Assembly: GCA_000002445.1 (NCBI GenBank)
Contig: CM000208.1
Span: 1,792,001 to 1,856,000 of the forward strand
From: Trypanosoma brucei
Lineage: Eukaryota
Direction of reading: 5' to 3'
DNA length: 64,000 nucleotides
Numbering within the stretch: position 1 is the stretch's first letter; every line of letters begins with the position of its first letter. A model generated the notes under the pieces. The model was given only the letters and a program-made list of their open reading frames with translations, was not told the origin of the DNA and made no database searches. Positions 20,313-32,131 of the stretch are shown here, piece by piece. A program made the position numbers and the translations under genes.

Positions 20313-23300
20313 TCACCTGCGACGCCTCTGCTTAGAGATTCTCCACGAGTTTCCGCTCTCCCATGCGCGCAGAATTGGATTAAGGCGTTCGGCACGTTGC
20401 TCTTTCGTTAATTTCCCCTTCCGCGGTTTGCTGTAAAACGCTGGGGCGAGTTCCACAAGCCAACGTGGCTCGATGGCCAGTATCTCACGCATGTACTCGC
20501 GGCTTGTTAATTGAACCTCGTTGTACAAGAGATATTTTGGTGGTGTGTCCCGTAAACAGGACGAAGGATGAACATAAACCTCGCGCCGCTCCGCAAGCGT
20601 GGCGTAGGCCACGTCCGTGATACGTCTTGCAGCATTGAAAAAGTACCCAGCGGTAATGGCCCGTCGCACCTCCGTAAGTGAGGAGTCGTTATGATGCTCA
20701 ATGTTTGTATGTCGCTTCCGCAACATTTCGCTAAGTTGGTCACGGGTATCGCGAGCCTCCATAAGCATGCGGTGTTTTAAGAAGTTCCGCTTACACCAGT
20801 TTTCGCTCAGACCGTTGGCCACCCATGCATCGTACACAGCAAGCAGTGTAATGTGGTCACCCTCCGGTTGGTGAAACTGCCGCTTTGCTGCATCTGCCGC
20901 CTCGTGTTGATCACGCGGCCGGTAAAATACGCCACGCTTTTGAGCTGCGAGCATAGAGACTATGGTGAGCACGGGCTCGCTGCAACCCAAGTCGACAGCC
21001 GTAAGAAGTGTCTTGCTGTGCGAGGGATCAATGGGCAAATGAGCCATACGACCTCCCAGCGGCGTCAGAAGCCCATCCTCATCCAATGCCTCGAGGTAGC
21101 GCAACTTTTGTAACGCCGTCACCAGCGTCTCTTGGGGAGGTGGATCCATGAGGTCCAGAGCGAAGAGGTCATTAATTCCCATTGCCTTCAATTGCAGAAC
21201 TACGTGGAACAAGTTCGAACGCTGAATATCAGGAACGGTGGCAGGGTCCATATCCTGGCGAAACTGAATCTCCGTGTACATACGAAAGCACTTGCCGGGC
21301 CCAATACGCCCTGCACGCCCGGCCCGTTGACGCGCTTGTGCTTGCGAGATGGGCATGATTTTGAGTTGCTCCATCCCTGTCTTCGGGTCGAACACATTTT
21401 GCTTACTATACCCGCTGTCCACCACGTAAGAAAGGTTACTAATTGTAATGGAAGTTTCTGCGACATTTGTGGCGAGCACGACCTTCCTGCAATGTGGCGG
21501 CGTCGGCTCGAAAACGCGTGACTGCACATCTTGTGGCAGTGTCGCAGTTAAGGGGAGGATGAGCATGTCCGGCACCGGGAGGTCACTGAGGCCCCGAAGC
21601 CGCTCCATCCAGCGGAAGAGACGGTCACCACCAAACTCAATCTCCTCTTGTCCTGTAAGAAATACAAGGACATCGCCTGGTGGCTCCTCAAGATGTAACT
21701 TCATCACAGTTTTTAGAGCACAGTCGAGGTAATCCTCCGTTGGCTCCGCAAGGAAATACGTGTCAACAGGAAAAGTGCGACCTTCGATAAAAAACACATC
21801 GTGGACGTTGAAGTACGAACAGAATTTCTCCCTCTCAAGTGTGGCAGAAGTGACAATAACTTTTAGTGTTGGCCGCTTGTGTGTTGCGTTGCGTACAATT
21901 GCAAAGAGCAAATCAGTGTTGACCGACCGCTCGTGTGCCTCATCGAGGATGATAACGCTATACCTCTGAAATGAGTCATCAAGAAGGGCTTCACGCAGCA
22001 ACATACCGTCTGTCATGTACTTTATGCACGTGAGGGAAGATGTGACATCGCGAAACCGGACAGTGTAACCGACTTCCTCACCGAGGCGGCAACCGTACTC
22101 CTCGGCCACACGGATTGCAAGTGTCTCCGCCGCCACTCGCCGGGGTTGGGTGCAACAAACAACACCGTTCTTACCGTAACCGTGCTCAACAAGATACTGA
22201 GGAATTTGTGTTGTTTTGCCACTGCCAGTTTCTCCCACCAACACAGTTACTGCATGTGCATCAACGTGCTGTAGGAACCGATCACGAAATGCATAAATGG
22301 GCAGCGAACGACGCTGCTCTGCAAGGCTCTCAGAGGTTTCCATCATACCGAAGCGGGGCTTCTCCCCGAAACTGTGTTTCATCCACGGTGGAAGCGCAGA
22401 ACGAGAACCACGGCCAAGTCCGCCCCTATGGAGGTGTTCTTCCGGGCGCTCTAATAATTCCCGATCGAGGAACGTATTGCCCTTGTAGTGGGTTCCATCC
22501 TCCTCGTTATTACCCTCCTCATCATCTCCCTCTTCCTTTCTGTCAGCAGCATCATTCGGTTCATAGAAACCGCGCGCCTGCTCTGCCAACCGCTGCTGCC
22601 GCCGCTCCTTCGCTTGAAGAATCTGCCGCTCCTTGTTACGTTGCTGCTGCGCCAAGGCAGCACGCTTCATGGTATTAGTTTCAATCTCTTCGGCGCAAGC
22701 TTGTTGCACGACGCGGCGTGCAATGATGGCTTCTCGCTGTGCCGGTGTGCTCGCCCTCATCAACTGCTCGGACGGCAACAACGCCCGGTAGTTGATGGGT
22801 TTGTGTCGCACCAACCCACGCAAGAACAGGGGTTCTTCTTCATTCAGCTCCACCTGCTCCACATCCTCATCATCCGTCTTAACCTGAAGTAATTCCGACT
22901 CATCCAGTAACCCGGTGCGTACCAACTGCGCCAACTGCATTTTCTCCTCCGCTCTCACCTTCATCGCCGCTCTGCGCTCCGCGGGGTCCACTGAAAGGTC
23001 CTGCAAAGTCCTTTGTCTACCGGCGGCGCTGTCGCCTCCCTCGTTTGCATCCCGTCGGGCCTCCTCTTCCTGCAGAATCTTTTGCCTGAGAGTTTCTTCA
23101 ATTTCCCGCCGTTCCTGCTCCACGATGGCGAGTGCCCCAGCTGCGAGACATTTCGACCAGTCGATGTCACCCAAAAGTGATCGCATTAGGCACGCAAGGT
23201 CCTGCAACTGCGAGAGCTGTATGGGTGGCTCATCATTCTCATCTCCATTGATAGCGCTATCAAGCGCGTCAACCAGCGACTTGTTTCTCTCCTCTGCTGA

Positions 23301-23540
23301 AACTTCCTTCAAGTCATCACTATCCCGTTTTTTTTCATTCGCCTCAGCGAAAAGAGAAACAAGCCCCTCCACGTCATCATAAAGTCCCTCTGCCTCCGCC
23401 GCACTCTCCGGCCTACCAAGCACGTGCTCTAGCCTGTGGTACAGCTCATTTTTGCTGTAAATGAGTTGCAATTTCCTCAGCACACATAACTCATCGCTCA
23501 TTACCTTTTCGCCGCACTTTTTTCCCGGCGCAACCCCCAC
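20313..23540 (-). CDS. DEAH-box ATP-dependent RNA helicase of the spliceosomal PRP2/PRP16/PRP22 (DHX16/38/8) family, with a charged ~400-aa N-terminal extension
   Basis: Helicase motifs are present: GETGSGKTTQIPQYL (I), DEAHERS (II), SATL (III), FLTGQEEIE, TNVAETSITI (V) and QRAGRAGR (VI). A C-terminal HA2/OB region (ITAGYFFNAARR...) is also present. 1075 aa. Confidence 0.9.
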   Translation of the reverse strand: MGVAPGKKCGEKVMSDELCVLRKLQLIYSKNELYHRLEHVLGRPESAAEAEGLYDDVEGLVSLFAEANEKKRDSDDLKEVSAEERNKSLVDALDSAINGDENDEPPIQLSQLQDLACLMRSLLGDIDWSKCLAAGALAIVEQERREIEETLRQKILQEEEARRDANEGGDSAAGRQRTLQDLSVDPAERRAAMKVRAEEKMQLAQLVRTGLLDESELLQVKTDDEDVEQVELNEEEPLFLRGLVRHKPINYRALLPSEQLMRASTPAQREAIIARRVVQQACAEEIETNTMKRAALAQQQRNKERQILQAKERRQQRLAEQARGFYEPNDAADRKEEGDDEEGNNEEDGTHYKGNTFLDRELLERPEEHLHRGGLGRGSRSALPPWMKHSFGEKPRFGMMETSESLAEQRRSLPIYAFRDRFLQHVDAHAVTVLVGETGSGKTTQIPQYLVEHGYGKNGVVCCTQPRRVAAETLAIRVAEEYGCRLGEEVGYTVRFRDVTSSLTCIKYMTDGMLLREALLDDSFQRYSVIILDEAHERSVNTDLLFAIVRNATHKRPTLKVIVTSATLEREKFCSYFNVHDVFFIEGRTFPVDTYFLAEPTEDYLDCALKTVMKLHLEEPPGDVLVFLTGQEEIEFGGDRLFRWMERLRGLSDLPVPDMLILPLTATLPQDVQSRVFEPTPPHCRKVVLATNVAETSITISNLSYVVDSGYSKQNVFDPKTGMEQLKIMPISQAQARQRAGRAGRIGPGKCFRMYTEIQFRQDMDPATVPDIQRSNLFHVVLQLKAMGINDLFALDLMDPPPQETLVTALQKLRYLEALDEDGLLTPLGGRMAHLPIDPSHSKTLLTAVDLGCSEPVLTIVSMLAAQKRGVFYRPRDQHEAADAAKRQFHQPEGDHITLLAVYDAWVANGLSENWCKRNFLKHRMLMEARDTRDQLSEMLRKRHTNIEHHNDSSLTEVRRAITAGYFFNAARRITDVAYATLAERREVYVHPSSCLRDTPPKYLLYNEVQLTSREYMREILAIEPRWLVELAPAFYSKPRKGKLTKEQRAERLNPILRAWESGNSWRISKQRRRR

Positions 23541-25008
23541 TACAGGCGAAGCAGCAGCAGCACTGAGGAAGGCAGAGCCACTGGGCAGTTAATGGAGGAA
23601 ATGGGGAGAAAAGAAAAGAAGAACGCAAGGGGTGTTACAGTTACAGTGATCACGTAATAGAAAAATATGTCATGTATGGAGAGGCACACACACATATATT
23701 ATTTATGTAAGGTATGAACCAAAAATACTCGTAGGGAAGTAAAAGCATGGCCTCCCAATGAAGAGGGACACTGCGTAAAGGGAAATTGGAAATCCCAGGC
23801 TTAACAGAGGGCGGTTGAATTTAAGATAGAGCCAAAAGAAGAGACAATGGGGAAAAAAAAAACAGCGGTACGAACAAGAAACTTTCAAAAAAATAAAATG
23901 AAGTTAACGATCAGGTGTGAAGGGAAGTGGGTCACGTCCGGAAAGAAACACACGCAATAAACCAGCGATGAGGTAAAAAAAGGGGGGAAAAGATGAGAAG
24001 GGAGTCTATCATCGCTTAACGTTGTCAAAACACCTTGAAGAGAAGGAAATTATAAATAACCGCAAACGCACGCAACAACTCTAGTCACTTCGTCCCATCG
24101 CAGTACAATGTAGGCGCAATGGAGTGAGTTGCTACCTTTATTAGCACTAAATGAAGAAGTGGCAGGAAAAAAAAAACATTATCCATCCTTTTCTTCTTTT
24201 CCGTTGTTGATCAATTGTATCCACACAACCACACACACGCACACTGTTTAACAAGTCCCCCTTTTTTTTTTGCATCTGCACAAGTTCTAACGCTTGTGAA
24301 ATCAAACCGAGCGTCCAAGCCACTAAAGTGTAAAACAAAAAAAAACATAAATTACCGCTCCTCCACCGACAAACCTATGTAGAGAAAAACATACACGTAG
24401 TACTGAATTAAAAGTCTCGAAATCAAAATAAGTAAACAAATAAACAAACATATATTTACTTGCACTTCTTTATATATTGAAAGACAGGAAACTTTACGCA
24501 CACGACGCTCACTATGCATTTAATTCAAACTGATGGAGCTACTTCCCCTCGGTTTCTTTTCTCCCGCTCAATTCCCTCCACAGCAAGCGTGGGTACTGCC
24601 ACCGCTGCTGTCATAATCCCTTTTCACTCAGATGATGTACTGTGCACACGAGTGCTGGTATAAGACATATATATATTAAAACATGAAAAAAAAATAACAA
24701 CACTGGAAAAGTTGAAGGATGAGTAAAAAAGAAAAGAAAAAAGAAAAAGAAAAATTAAATAGGGAGTGGTACTGGAATAGTGAAATGGGATTACAGAGAA
24801 GAGTACAAAAAAAAACGAAAAGGAGGAAAGAAGATATCCTCTTACCCCTGGGTGCCCCTTTCTACGTTACCTACGCCCCCAGTCACATTCACGCACGGGT
24901 AAACCACATCTGAAATTCCTCGCAGCGAACATTTCTGGGCATGTATTTTTCATTCATACAAAACATTACTCGACAAATCACACTCTTGTCAACACAAAAC
25001 TCTACTCA

Positions 25009-28000
25009 TCATCGTCTTCTATCCGGCGACTCCTGAGGAGAAAAAAGGAATCTCGTCATCATCTCCCGATTACGTCGTAGCGCCATGGGCCCCGACGGCA
25101 CGTCATCAAATCCCTTCGACGGGCTGCCTCCCTCATGAGCATCGAGGTGTTTCATGAGTGTTCGCCGCCCTGACAACTTCCGCTTTACCTTCTCAAATTT
25201 CACAAGACCGTAAGGACTGCGACCCTTATCCATCAGGTTACCAATTTCAATAAATTTAGGAACATCGACAGTCCAAAACATACCAAAGACAGTGTGCTCC
25301 GCCTCCCACAGCAATACAGACTTGGTATCGGGGTTGTACGCCTTTATCAGTGCTGCACTGCGGCCAAAACCCACCACGTCATGCGCTATGGCAGTGTCGT
25401 AGTTCAGGAGGAGAACTGTGTTATTATTCTCCCGACGTGTGGCATCTCTAAGAATCGAATCGATATTCCCTTCCGTCACATCCTCCATGACCTCCACATG
25501 CACAAGCCACTCTTCATCATTGTGTTCATCGATTTGACTGTCACTTGACCCCCTTGTAGAATTGCGAGATTCCAGAAACATGCGGCAAATCTGGGCGAGA
25601 AATACTGTATCGATTTGCTTGTTAATCACTGAAAGAGATACATCCACGTCACGCCACGCAAATGCCTGAGTCCCCCGGCGACGTTGACGGTTCATTGTCT
25701 GAAGGTACGCCTCGTAAAATATCTCCTCTGGTGAGTAGAAGAATCCAAGCTGGGTGAAGGCGCACGAAAGTGCCTGGAAATGCGGCGATGGGCTAACATG
25801 GAAAATGTTCCGTAGAGGCAGCATACGCAACGGTGTTTCTCGAGAATACTCAAGTGGAAACGATGGTGCCGGAAGAGTCGTGCAGTGTGACACTTTAAGG
25901 AAGCCACAACGGCGGTGAACGGTGTCCGCATCATGCATGGCCCTGAAGAGAGTGTGGAGGCACACGGACCATGTGCGGAAGTATCGGTTGGGATTCGTAT
26001 CCATCACCGTCACGCCGCCGGTTGCCTTATTGTAACCAACAACTAGGCCTGTGGAACCAAATGGACGGGAGTCACCGAACACCTCAATTTCATTTGTGTT
26101 GAACAACATGACGAGGGCCTTGCCACGGTCCGCCAAGCATTCCTCCATGATTTGTTCAAACTCCTCGACGGTTACACGTGCTTTGTTGCCGTTTCGCCTG
26201 TCAGTATGATAGGCCTTTACGCTTACATTAAGACCGACATGCTCCACGTACGTCGTGAGGCAAACAGCCATTGATTCAAGCGTGAAGTAGCGCAGCATCA
26301 ACGACGATATTTCGAAGGGTAGGGCAACAATAACGTCTTCAAATGTCGTAGGACAGCCCAACTCCGTTAAAGTTAGCGCAATCATCGTTGGGCTCAATGG
26401 CAATGATGGAAAACACAATGTTCTCATCACCTCCCTTCTCGTCACACCGAGTGCATCTTGGTCCCTTAGTAGAGCGAGGTATCTTTGCACAGTTGGATCC
26501 ACGCGCCTCAAGGCCCCAACCCGCGGAGCCTGCGATTCATGTCCCAAAGGCAGCGAGTCACACCATGTCTCATCATGACTTAATCCCACATGTGTGCTGG
26601 CTGCGGTGCGCTTGGAGAATATAAGGTATCCGTTTGAGGTCATAGCCCGATGCAGGCGTTCAAGTGAACAAGTCCAGAGCTTCATGAACTTCTTCGGGTG
26701 CGCATCAATAAGCGACACCACCTGTGACTCCTCATCATAACCGGAGAGCACGCACCACTGGGGAGTATTGCTGACGTACAGGACATTGTGCGCAACGTTA
26801 GCATTATACATAATCACCATGACGTGCTCCGGGGCGTCAGGATCCTTGTTTGCATTCTTTACGTCGGTGAGAATTGACTCCAGCTCGAACACAGAGATGG
26901 TTGGCACCGCGTCTTCTCGAGAGGTGTTTGTGAGAATAGGGTAAATGGAGACATCGTAATTACGCTCCGTAAGGCGGATGTACTCTCGCGCGTATTTGAA
27001 TACCTCTCCCAACGGCAGCGTGCTGTCGATGAGCACCTCTGCTGGAAACTTCATGGTGCGGACAATATCCGAAACTGGTAGCCCATTACCGTGGCCGTGC
27101 GCACTTGCTCTGTCACCTCCGAGAAGGTGCATCGCCCACGCAACTGCGATGATGTGAGGGCTGGTGTGGCCTGAGATGGCAGAGGCATGGGTTCCCATAG
27201 ATGTCGTGCCAAGTACATTTCCTCCCGCCAGTTCAGGCGAGAACATGGATTGAACTTCGTCGTGGGACATCACCGGCACGCTATCCTTGCGAAAGATACG
27301 CATGAAACCACGCGCTCGTTCATTCTCCAACGGTACTGTCATCGCCTTGAAAAGGGCTGCGGCAGGAACTTCAAACAACCTTACGTGCAACTGATCATCA
27401 ACGATACCTTCTGCGAGGGTAACCATCAGCTCCACTACACACCGCACCTCCACAATAACAGCGTACACTCCATTGTTATTTTTAGAATATTGCCTCTCCT
27501 GATCCCTTAATCCAACACGGATAGAGTCTGCGAGGGCGGAGACGTCGTCATCTCCATCCACAAAGTTGTCAACGAATGTTTCCTGCTGGAGAACGTATGG
27601 ATCATAATTTACAATGCGTACTGCTTGAATCTGCTCTTCACTGTCGTTGGCTATGGCTTTTGTGAACTCGTGCAACTGCATGCACGTCTGCCGATCGCCC
27701 ACCTCGTTGCGACCAAGTTCCACCTGCCCAACGACGGGCGAGATGTCAAAATGGACAACAGAAAGGCCATACTCGTTCTTGAAGCGATTGTCAACATCAA
27801 TAAACTCACGGAGAATGTCGCTCATGACCTGTAGTGTCTGGACACCGCTGTGGAGGTAGTGGAGGGGTAAGTGGACAGCAAAAAATATATCTTCCATGGT
27901 AACGCACTTTTTGCGATCCCTGCAGCCGCGCGCACCTCCGAGAAGGTAGGAAAGAGCAACTGCAGCAGCACCAAAGTGGCCGCATTCCATAATAGCCTTA

Positions 28001-28476
28001 TGCTCGTAATCCCGCTGCACCTCGTAACTCTTGAAGAATGCCATACGGGCTTTGCGAATTTCTACCACCTGTTGGCGGCTTCTGTGTTGACCTACAAGGG
28101 ATCCAGTCCTCGATTGCTCCGCATTGTTAATGTTACTCGTGTTGCCTGATTGGTTCGTTCCCCACGACCGCCCGTTGTTTTCGTTGGGCGTTTGGTTCTG
28201 TCGCCGTGGGGGCTGGTGCTCGGTACACGACGACTCAGAGCCCCCAGCTGTCGTGCTGAATGAAACCTGCGAGGACCGACACGCTCCGCGCATTGAACCC
28301 TCCAATACCTCTTCATTTCCACTGCGCGCGTCTTCTGCACCGCCGTAGTAAACCCGATCCCTTTCCATTGCACGGCGGCCTGAATTTGACACCTTCTCAA
28401 GTGCTGCCAGAGCGGCTTCCCACTTCCTGAGGTGCTCCTCAGTGGAGGCACGGGCATTAATTTGGCCGTTCCCCAT
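25009..28476 (-). CDS. Hypothetical protein, 1155 aa, no recognisable domain (begins MGNGQ...)
   Basis: Uninterrupted 3.5-kb ORF on the cluster strand with non-repetitive composition. No motif could be assigned by eye. Confidence 0.55.
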   Translation of the reverse strand: MGNGQINARASTEEHLRKWEAALAALEKVSNSGRRAMERDRVYYGGAEDARSGNEEVLEGSMRGACRSSQVSFSTTAGGSESSCTEHQPPRRQNQTPNENNGRSWGTNQSGNTSNINNAEQSRTGSLVGQHRSRQQVVEIRKARMAFFKSYEVQRDYEHKAIMECGHFGAAAVALSYLLGGARGCRDRKKCVTMEDIFFAVHLPLHYLHSGVQTLQVMSDILREFIDVDNRFKNEYGLSVVHFDISPVVGQVELGRNEVGDRQTCMQLHEFTKAIANDSEEQIQAVRIVNYDPYVLQQETFVDNFVDGDDDVSALADSIRVGLRDQERQYSKNNNGVYAVIVEVRCVVELMVTLAEGIVDDQLHVRLFEVPAAALFKAMTVPLENERARGFMRIFRKDSVPVMSHDEVQSMFSPELAGGNVLGTTSMGTHASAISGHTSPHIIAVAWAMHLLGGDRASAHGHGNGLPVSDIVRTMKFPAEVLIDSTLPLGEVFKYAREYIRLTERNYDVSIYPILTNTSREDAVPTISVFELESILTDVKNANKDPDAPEHVMVIMYNANVAHNVLYVSNTPQWCVLSGYDEESQVVSLIDAHPKKFMKLWTCSLERLHRAMTSNGYLIFSKRTAASTHVGLSHDETWCDSLPLGHESQAPRVGALRRVDPTVQRYLALLRDQDALGVTRREVMRTLCFPSLPLSPTMIALTLTELGCPTTFEDVIVALPFEISSLMLRYFTLESMAVCLTTYVEHVGLNVSVKAYHTDRRNGNKARVTVEEFEQIMEECLADRGKALVMLFNTNEIEVFGDSRPFGSTGLVVGYNKATGGVTVMDTNPNRYFRTWSVCLHTLFRAMHDADTVHRRCGFLKVSHCTTLPAPSFPLEYSRETPLRMLPLRNIFHVSPSPHFQALSCAFTQLGFFYSPEEIFYEAYLQTMNRQRRRGTQAFAWRDVDVSLSVINKQIDTVFLAQICRMFLESRNSTRGSSDSQIDEHNDEEWLVHVEVMEDVTEGNIDSILRDATRRENNNTVLLLNYDTAIAHDVVGFGRSAALIKAYNPDTKSVLLWEAEHTVFGMFWTVDVPKFIEIGNLMDKGRSPYGLVKFEKVKRKLSGRRTLMKHLDAHEGGSPSKGFDDVPSGPMALRRNREMMTRFLFSPQESPDRRR

Positions 28477-29552
28477 CTGTCAGATTTCACCCTAAACCGT
28501 CACTATTCTACACCCCGTTTCCGGAAACTCGCTTGATCACTACCTTTAGCCCGTAGTGGTAGAGACACTGCTTCAATAATAAGTTTCGAAGCCACACCCT
28601 TTCCTTCTTACTTGAATACAGCGTACAAGAGTACATATAAATGGAGGTAGACAAATATAGGCATGGTGACATACAAATCAAAAAACTGACCTGTACGAAG
28701 CGACGTACAGGAGTAAAGGTGGTGACGGTGAGGGGAAACAACGAAGAGGAGGAAAAACATCGAAAAAAAAAAATTCTGCCCAACGGTTGAAGCAAACAAA
28801 TCTCTTAACGTGCACTGCTCCTCTTGTTATAGGCAAAATTGCAGAAATTTTGCTCATGTGTGGCGGGGTTCCGCGCACAGCGCTGCTGAATAACAAGATT
28901 TGACGCCGGCGGCATAAATATCACAAGCAAAGCCAAATAGAACCCGTGGGTGTTTTCACGGTCCCCAGAGGGATTTATATCTTTTATTTTTTTTTTTTAG
29001 TCTCCGTTATTGCTAATACTCATCCTTCCCTTTTCTCATTTTTCAACCTAAAAAATTAGAAAAGGAAGCGGGACATCTACGTATTTATTTATTTTTTTTT
29101 ACAAGTTAAAGAAAAACGAGGAGAACCAAAAGGAGGAGAAAAACAAGAAACAACGACAACGACAACAACAATCGGAGACGTGGCCGTTGTCCACTTCCCA
29201 TTGTGGGTTACACTAATCGGGGAATAACAACCAAGATTTAGCGAAAGAAGAAAAATGTGTGTTTTTCCATCAGCAAACAAAAACAGAAATCAGCTAACAG
29301 GAGGAGGCCGCGTATAGCGTTCTCCCCTCACTCCTTTCCCTCTCGTTTATTTTGCATTTTCATTTCTTTTCACTTTCTAAACAAGGGAGGAACAGCGCCG
29401 AGAAGGTGGAGAGACCACAACAAGCAAAAAAAAAAAAAAAGACGAATGTGGACCTTTGAAGAATGGAACTAAACCCGTTACCAATTGTTTTTTTTTCCTC
29501 TTCCTCTCTCCTCTTTGTCTTCCGCATAGCTTGAATTATTATTATTATTGTT

Positions 29553-29575
29553 ATATATATATATATATATATATA
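29553..29575. repeat. (TA)n dinucleotide microsatellite (~12 units)
   Basis: atatatatatatatatatatata is directly visible and is preceded by (ATT)n-like ttattattattattg. Confidence 0.9.
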
Positions 29576-29800
29576 GCCCCCTATATTCTTTTCTCTCCAC
29601 TTCTTCTTCCTTTTGCTTTTCTTTCGGTAATGTTGTGTCACGTGGCCCAAAGGGAGCGTATGGAAGGGAAGGGAGAAGCCTAAATCAAAATGTCAAGTGG
29701 TTGAGCGTAGAGCAAAAGTTGTCACATGACATCATGACGAAACAACGAAGGAAACAATAACGTTACTAGTGACAAAAGTGGGTGCGCCAAAAGAAGACAA

Positions 29801-29826
29801 GGAGGAGGAGGAGGAGGAGGAGGAAG
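29801..29826. repeat. (GGA)8 trinucleotide repeat followed by a long A/G-only tract (to ~29925)
   Basis: ggaggaggaggaggaggaggaggaag, then aaaaaaaaaagcgagagaaaaaaaaaagagaagagaaaagaaaag... This creates the spurious plus-strand RRRRRRRR/KKEKRK ORF 29782..30285. Confidence 0.9.
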
Positions 29827-30451
29827 AACCCAAAGAAGGTAGACAAGTATAATAAAAAAAAAAGCGAGAGAAAAAAAAAAGAGAAGAGAAAAGAAAAGAA
29901 AAAAGAAGAGAGGCGCATGGCATATAAAATACCTGCAGTATCCCGCCCCCGCCCCACACACACACACACACCACGTGTTTTTAAAGCATTCCCTTCATTA
30001 CAACTACTGTTTATACCTCCTTTTTATTTACCCACACCCTTCACCACAAACAATTGCGCGCCCCTCGCCTTTTTTACTCACAGCTCCCGTCCAACATCAA
30101 GCGCCCATCCCACAAATAAAGAGAGAGAGAGGGAGAGAGAAAAAGGGGGAAAGAAAAAGGGTAGAAAACACACACAAACATTAGCATATAAATGCATCAT
30201 TATAAACGCCTCCATCATCGCCTGGAAACTTCAGCATTCACAGGCTTCCATGAACAAATCGGCAACACCCGAACAGCACACATGAACGTCCAGTTTCTCT
30301 TTTTTTAGCATCTCTCCTCCCTCACCCCTTTTTTTTTCTTCTACGCATCCACTTGCATATAAAAATATAAATATACACGAGTTTTATACCTTGCAGCTTC
30401 CCAGCTCCCTCTTTTTTTTTTTATTTGTTCTTTAGATCATCTTCGGTGTGT

Positions 30452-30463
30452 GGGGGGGGGGGG
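30452..30463. repeat. Homopolymeric G12 tract within a GT-rich stretch (30440-30600)
   Basis: ggtgtgtGGGGGGGGGGGGcttttcttttggctgtagtggcgccgttg...gtttgtttttttttctgtat. Confidence 0.85.
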
Positions 30464-30983
30464 CTTTTCTTTTGGCTGTAGTGGCGCCGTTGCCCCGCTA
30501 ATCCGCACACCTTCAGGTTGTTTGTAGCTCATTTATTTACTTTATTTTTACATTTCGTTCTTAGCGTTTGTTTTTTTTTCTGTATATAAAACCGAGAAGA
30601 AAAGAGCCAACTAGACCAAAACGAAGCAAAAAAAAGGAGGAGGAATGTGAACTCCGTTTGTTTTCTTTCGGTTTGTTTCTTCTAATTGTTTTATTTTCTC
30701 TTGAATTCGCATCAAGTTAGAAATACAGGTTAATTACAAAAAAAAAAACCGGAACAAACCAAACGGAGAGGGGGAAAAGGCCACTAGAAGTGAGCTTCAT
30801 GGGGGAGAGAAAGAAGAGGAGAGGCCAACAAAAAACGAAGCGAAAAAAAAAATGTTGATGAGAACCCCTAACCGTACTTTTGTTGTTATTATTATTATTA
30901 TTTTTTTCCCACCCCTTCCAGTCTTCCCCCCTGTCCCTTTCCTCTTCCTCCTCCAAAAAGTAATCAAACCATCACTGTGGTTC

Positions 30984-31271
30984 TCATCGCTTTTTGCATT
31001 TCCCATCATTGGGATCCACTAAACCCAACATAACATTTGATAAAATGGAAGCTCCCGAGTTGCTGCTTTTGGAATCATTGCGGTTACGGCGTCCCGGCAT
31101 GCATTGGCGTTGAAGTTCGTTGATTTCCTTCTCAATGGGCTCAGTGATGGCGGCAATATCTTCCAATTCCTTCTGTAACCTTTCCACCTCTTTTGTCGCT
31201 TGTGCAATTTCATCCCCATTGCGTTTTTTGAGGGTCTCCAACTGTTGGCGGAGCTCCGCCACAGTCGACAT
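30984..31271 (-). CDS. Small (~95 aa) coiled-coil protein candidate
   Basis: ORF track gives 30984..31451. The first 60 codons (FFPLFCYNFHFLVFPFFIFF...) translate a T-rich spacer. A non-repetitive heptad-like sequence starts at the in-frame ATG near 31269-31272: MSTVAELRQQLETLKKRNGDEIAQATKEVERLQKELEDIAAITEPIEKEINELQRQ. Confidence 0.35.
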   Translation of the reverse strand: MSTVAELRQQLETLKKRNGDEIAQATKEVERLQKELEDIAAITEPIEKEINELQRQCMPGRRNRNDSKSSNSGASILSNVMLGLVDPNDGKCKKR

Positions 31272-32131
31272 CGCTCTCCGGTGGGGAAAAAAAATTTGAA
31301 AAAAAAAAAAGATCCTTTCAAATGTGAATATACGCACAACCGGTGCTGGTACCGTTGTGGTGAAGAAAATAAAGAAAGGGAAGACGAGAAAATGGAAATT
31401 GTAACAAAACAAAGGAAAGAAAACCTGATGGCTCGAATACTTCCAAAGCAACTAGACGGTCACACGAAGGAGTTGTGCATGCCTTCACTTCGGGTATACA
31501 CACACATACACAAAATAAAAGAAACGAGAGCGAAGAACGCACGGACAAATTCAGAGGGAAAGTTAAGAGATGAACTTCAACTGATCGTGCGACGTGCAAC
31601 GGATATCGACTGCTGCTTCAAAATAATAAAAAAAATAAAAATAACGGGATGTTACATTAGGCATGCGCACAAGAGAATGAGGAAGTCACCAAAACACCTC
31701 TTTAAAGTTGTTGAACGCATACAACGGAGGGAAATCACGTTTGCACAAATGTGCTGCTTTCATCCACCATTCGCGTTGAAATCTCGCAGTGTTTACTTGC
31801 GTTAGGAGCTACAAATTAAATGGAACGCCCATTTGTAAGACATCTAACGCCCAGAAACACTGCTTTGAGTAGTGCCCACAGTAATACGCCCACGTATAGC
31901 GTGTGTGGAAAGGGGGGAATGGGAGAGAGAGAGAGAGAACAAAAAGGAGGGAAAAGAAAAAAGGGAGTTGCGGCCGGCCCGGGGAGCTCCAGTGAGATTC
32001 AGAGAATTCAGTGGGTGCCGTAGTCACATCGGTGAGTTAAACGCATGTCATCTCACGCCGCTTTGGTGGTGCCACTCCTATCCCAACATGAATTCAACAT
32101 GCGTACGAAGCACACCGCGTAGCAGACGTTT

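Noticed and set aside
28092-28490. Minus-strand 132-aa ORF overlapping the 5' end of the 1155-aa gene in another frame
   Set aside because: It is an out-of-frame overlap with a much longer, cleaner ORF. It is Arg/Pro-rich and looks like a typical alternative-frame artefact.
29782-30285. Plus-strand ORF encoding a poly-Arg/Lys-Glu 167-aa peptide
   Set aside because: It is a translation artefact of the (GGA)n and A/G-only tract, pure low complexity, and on the strand opposite to every real gene.
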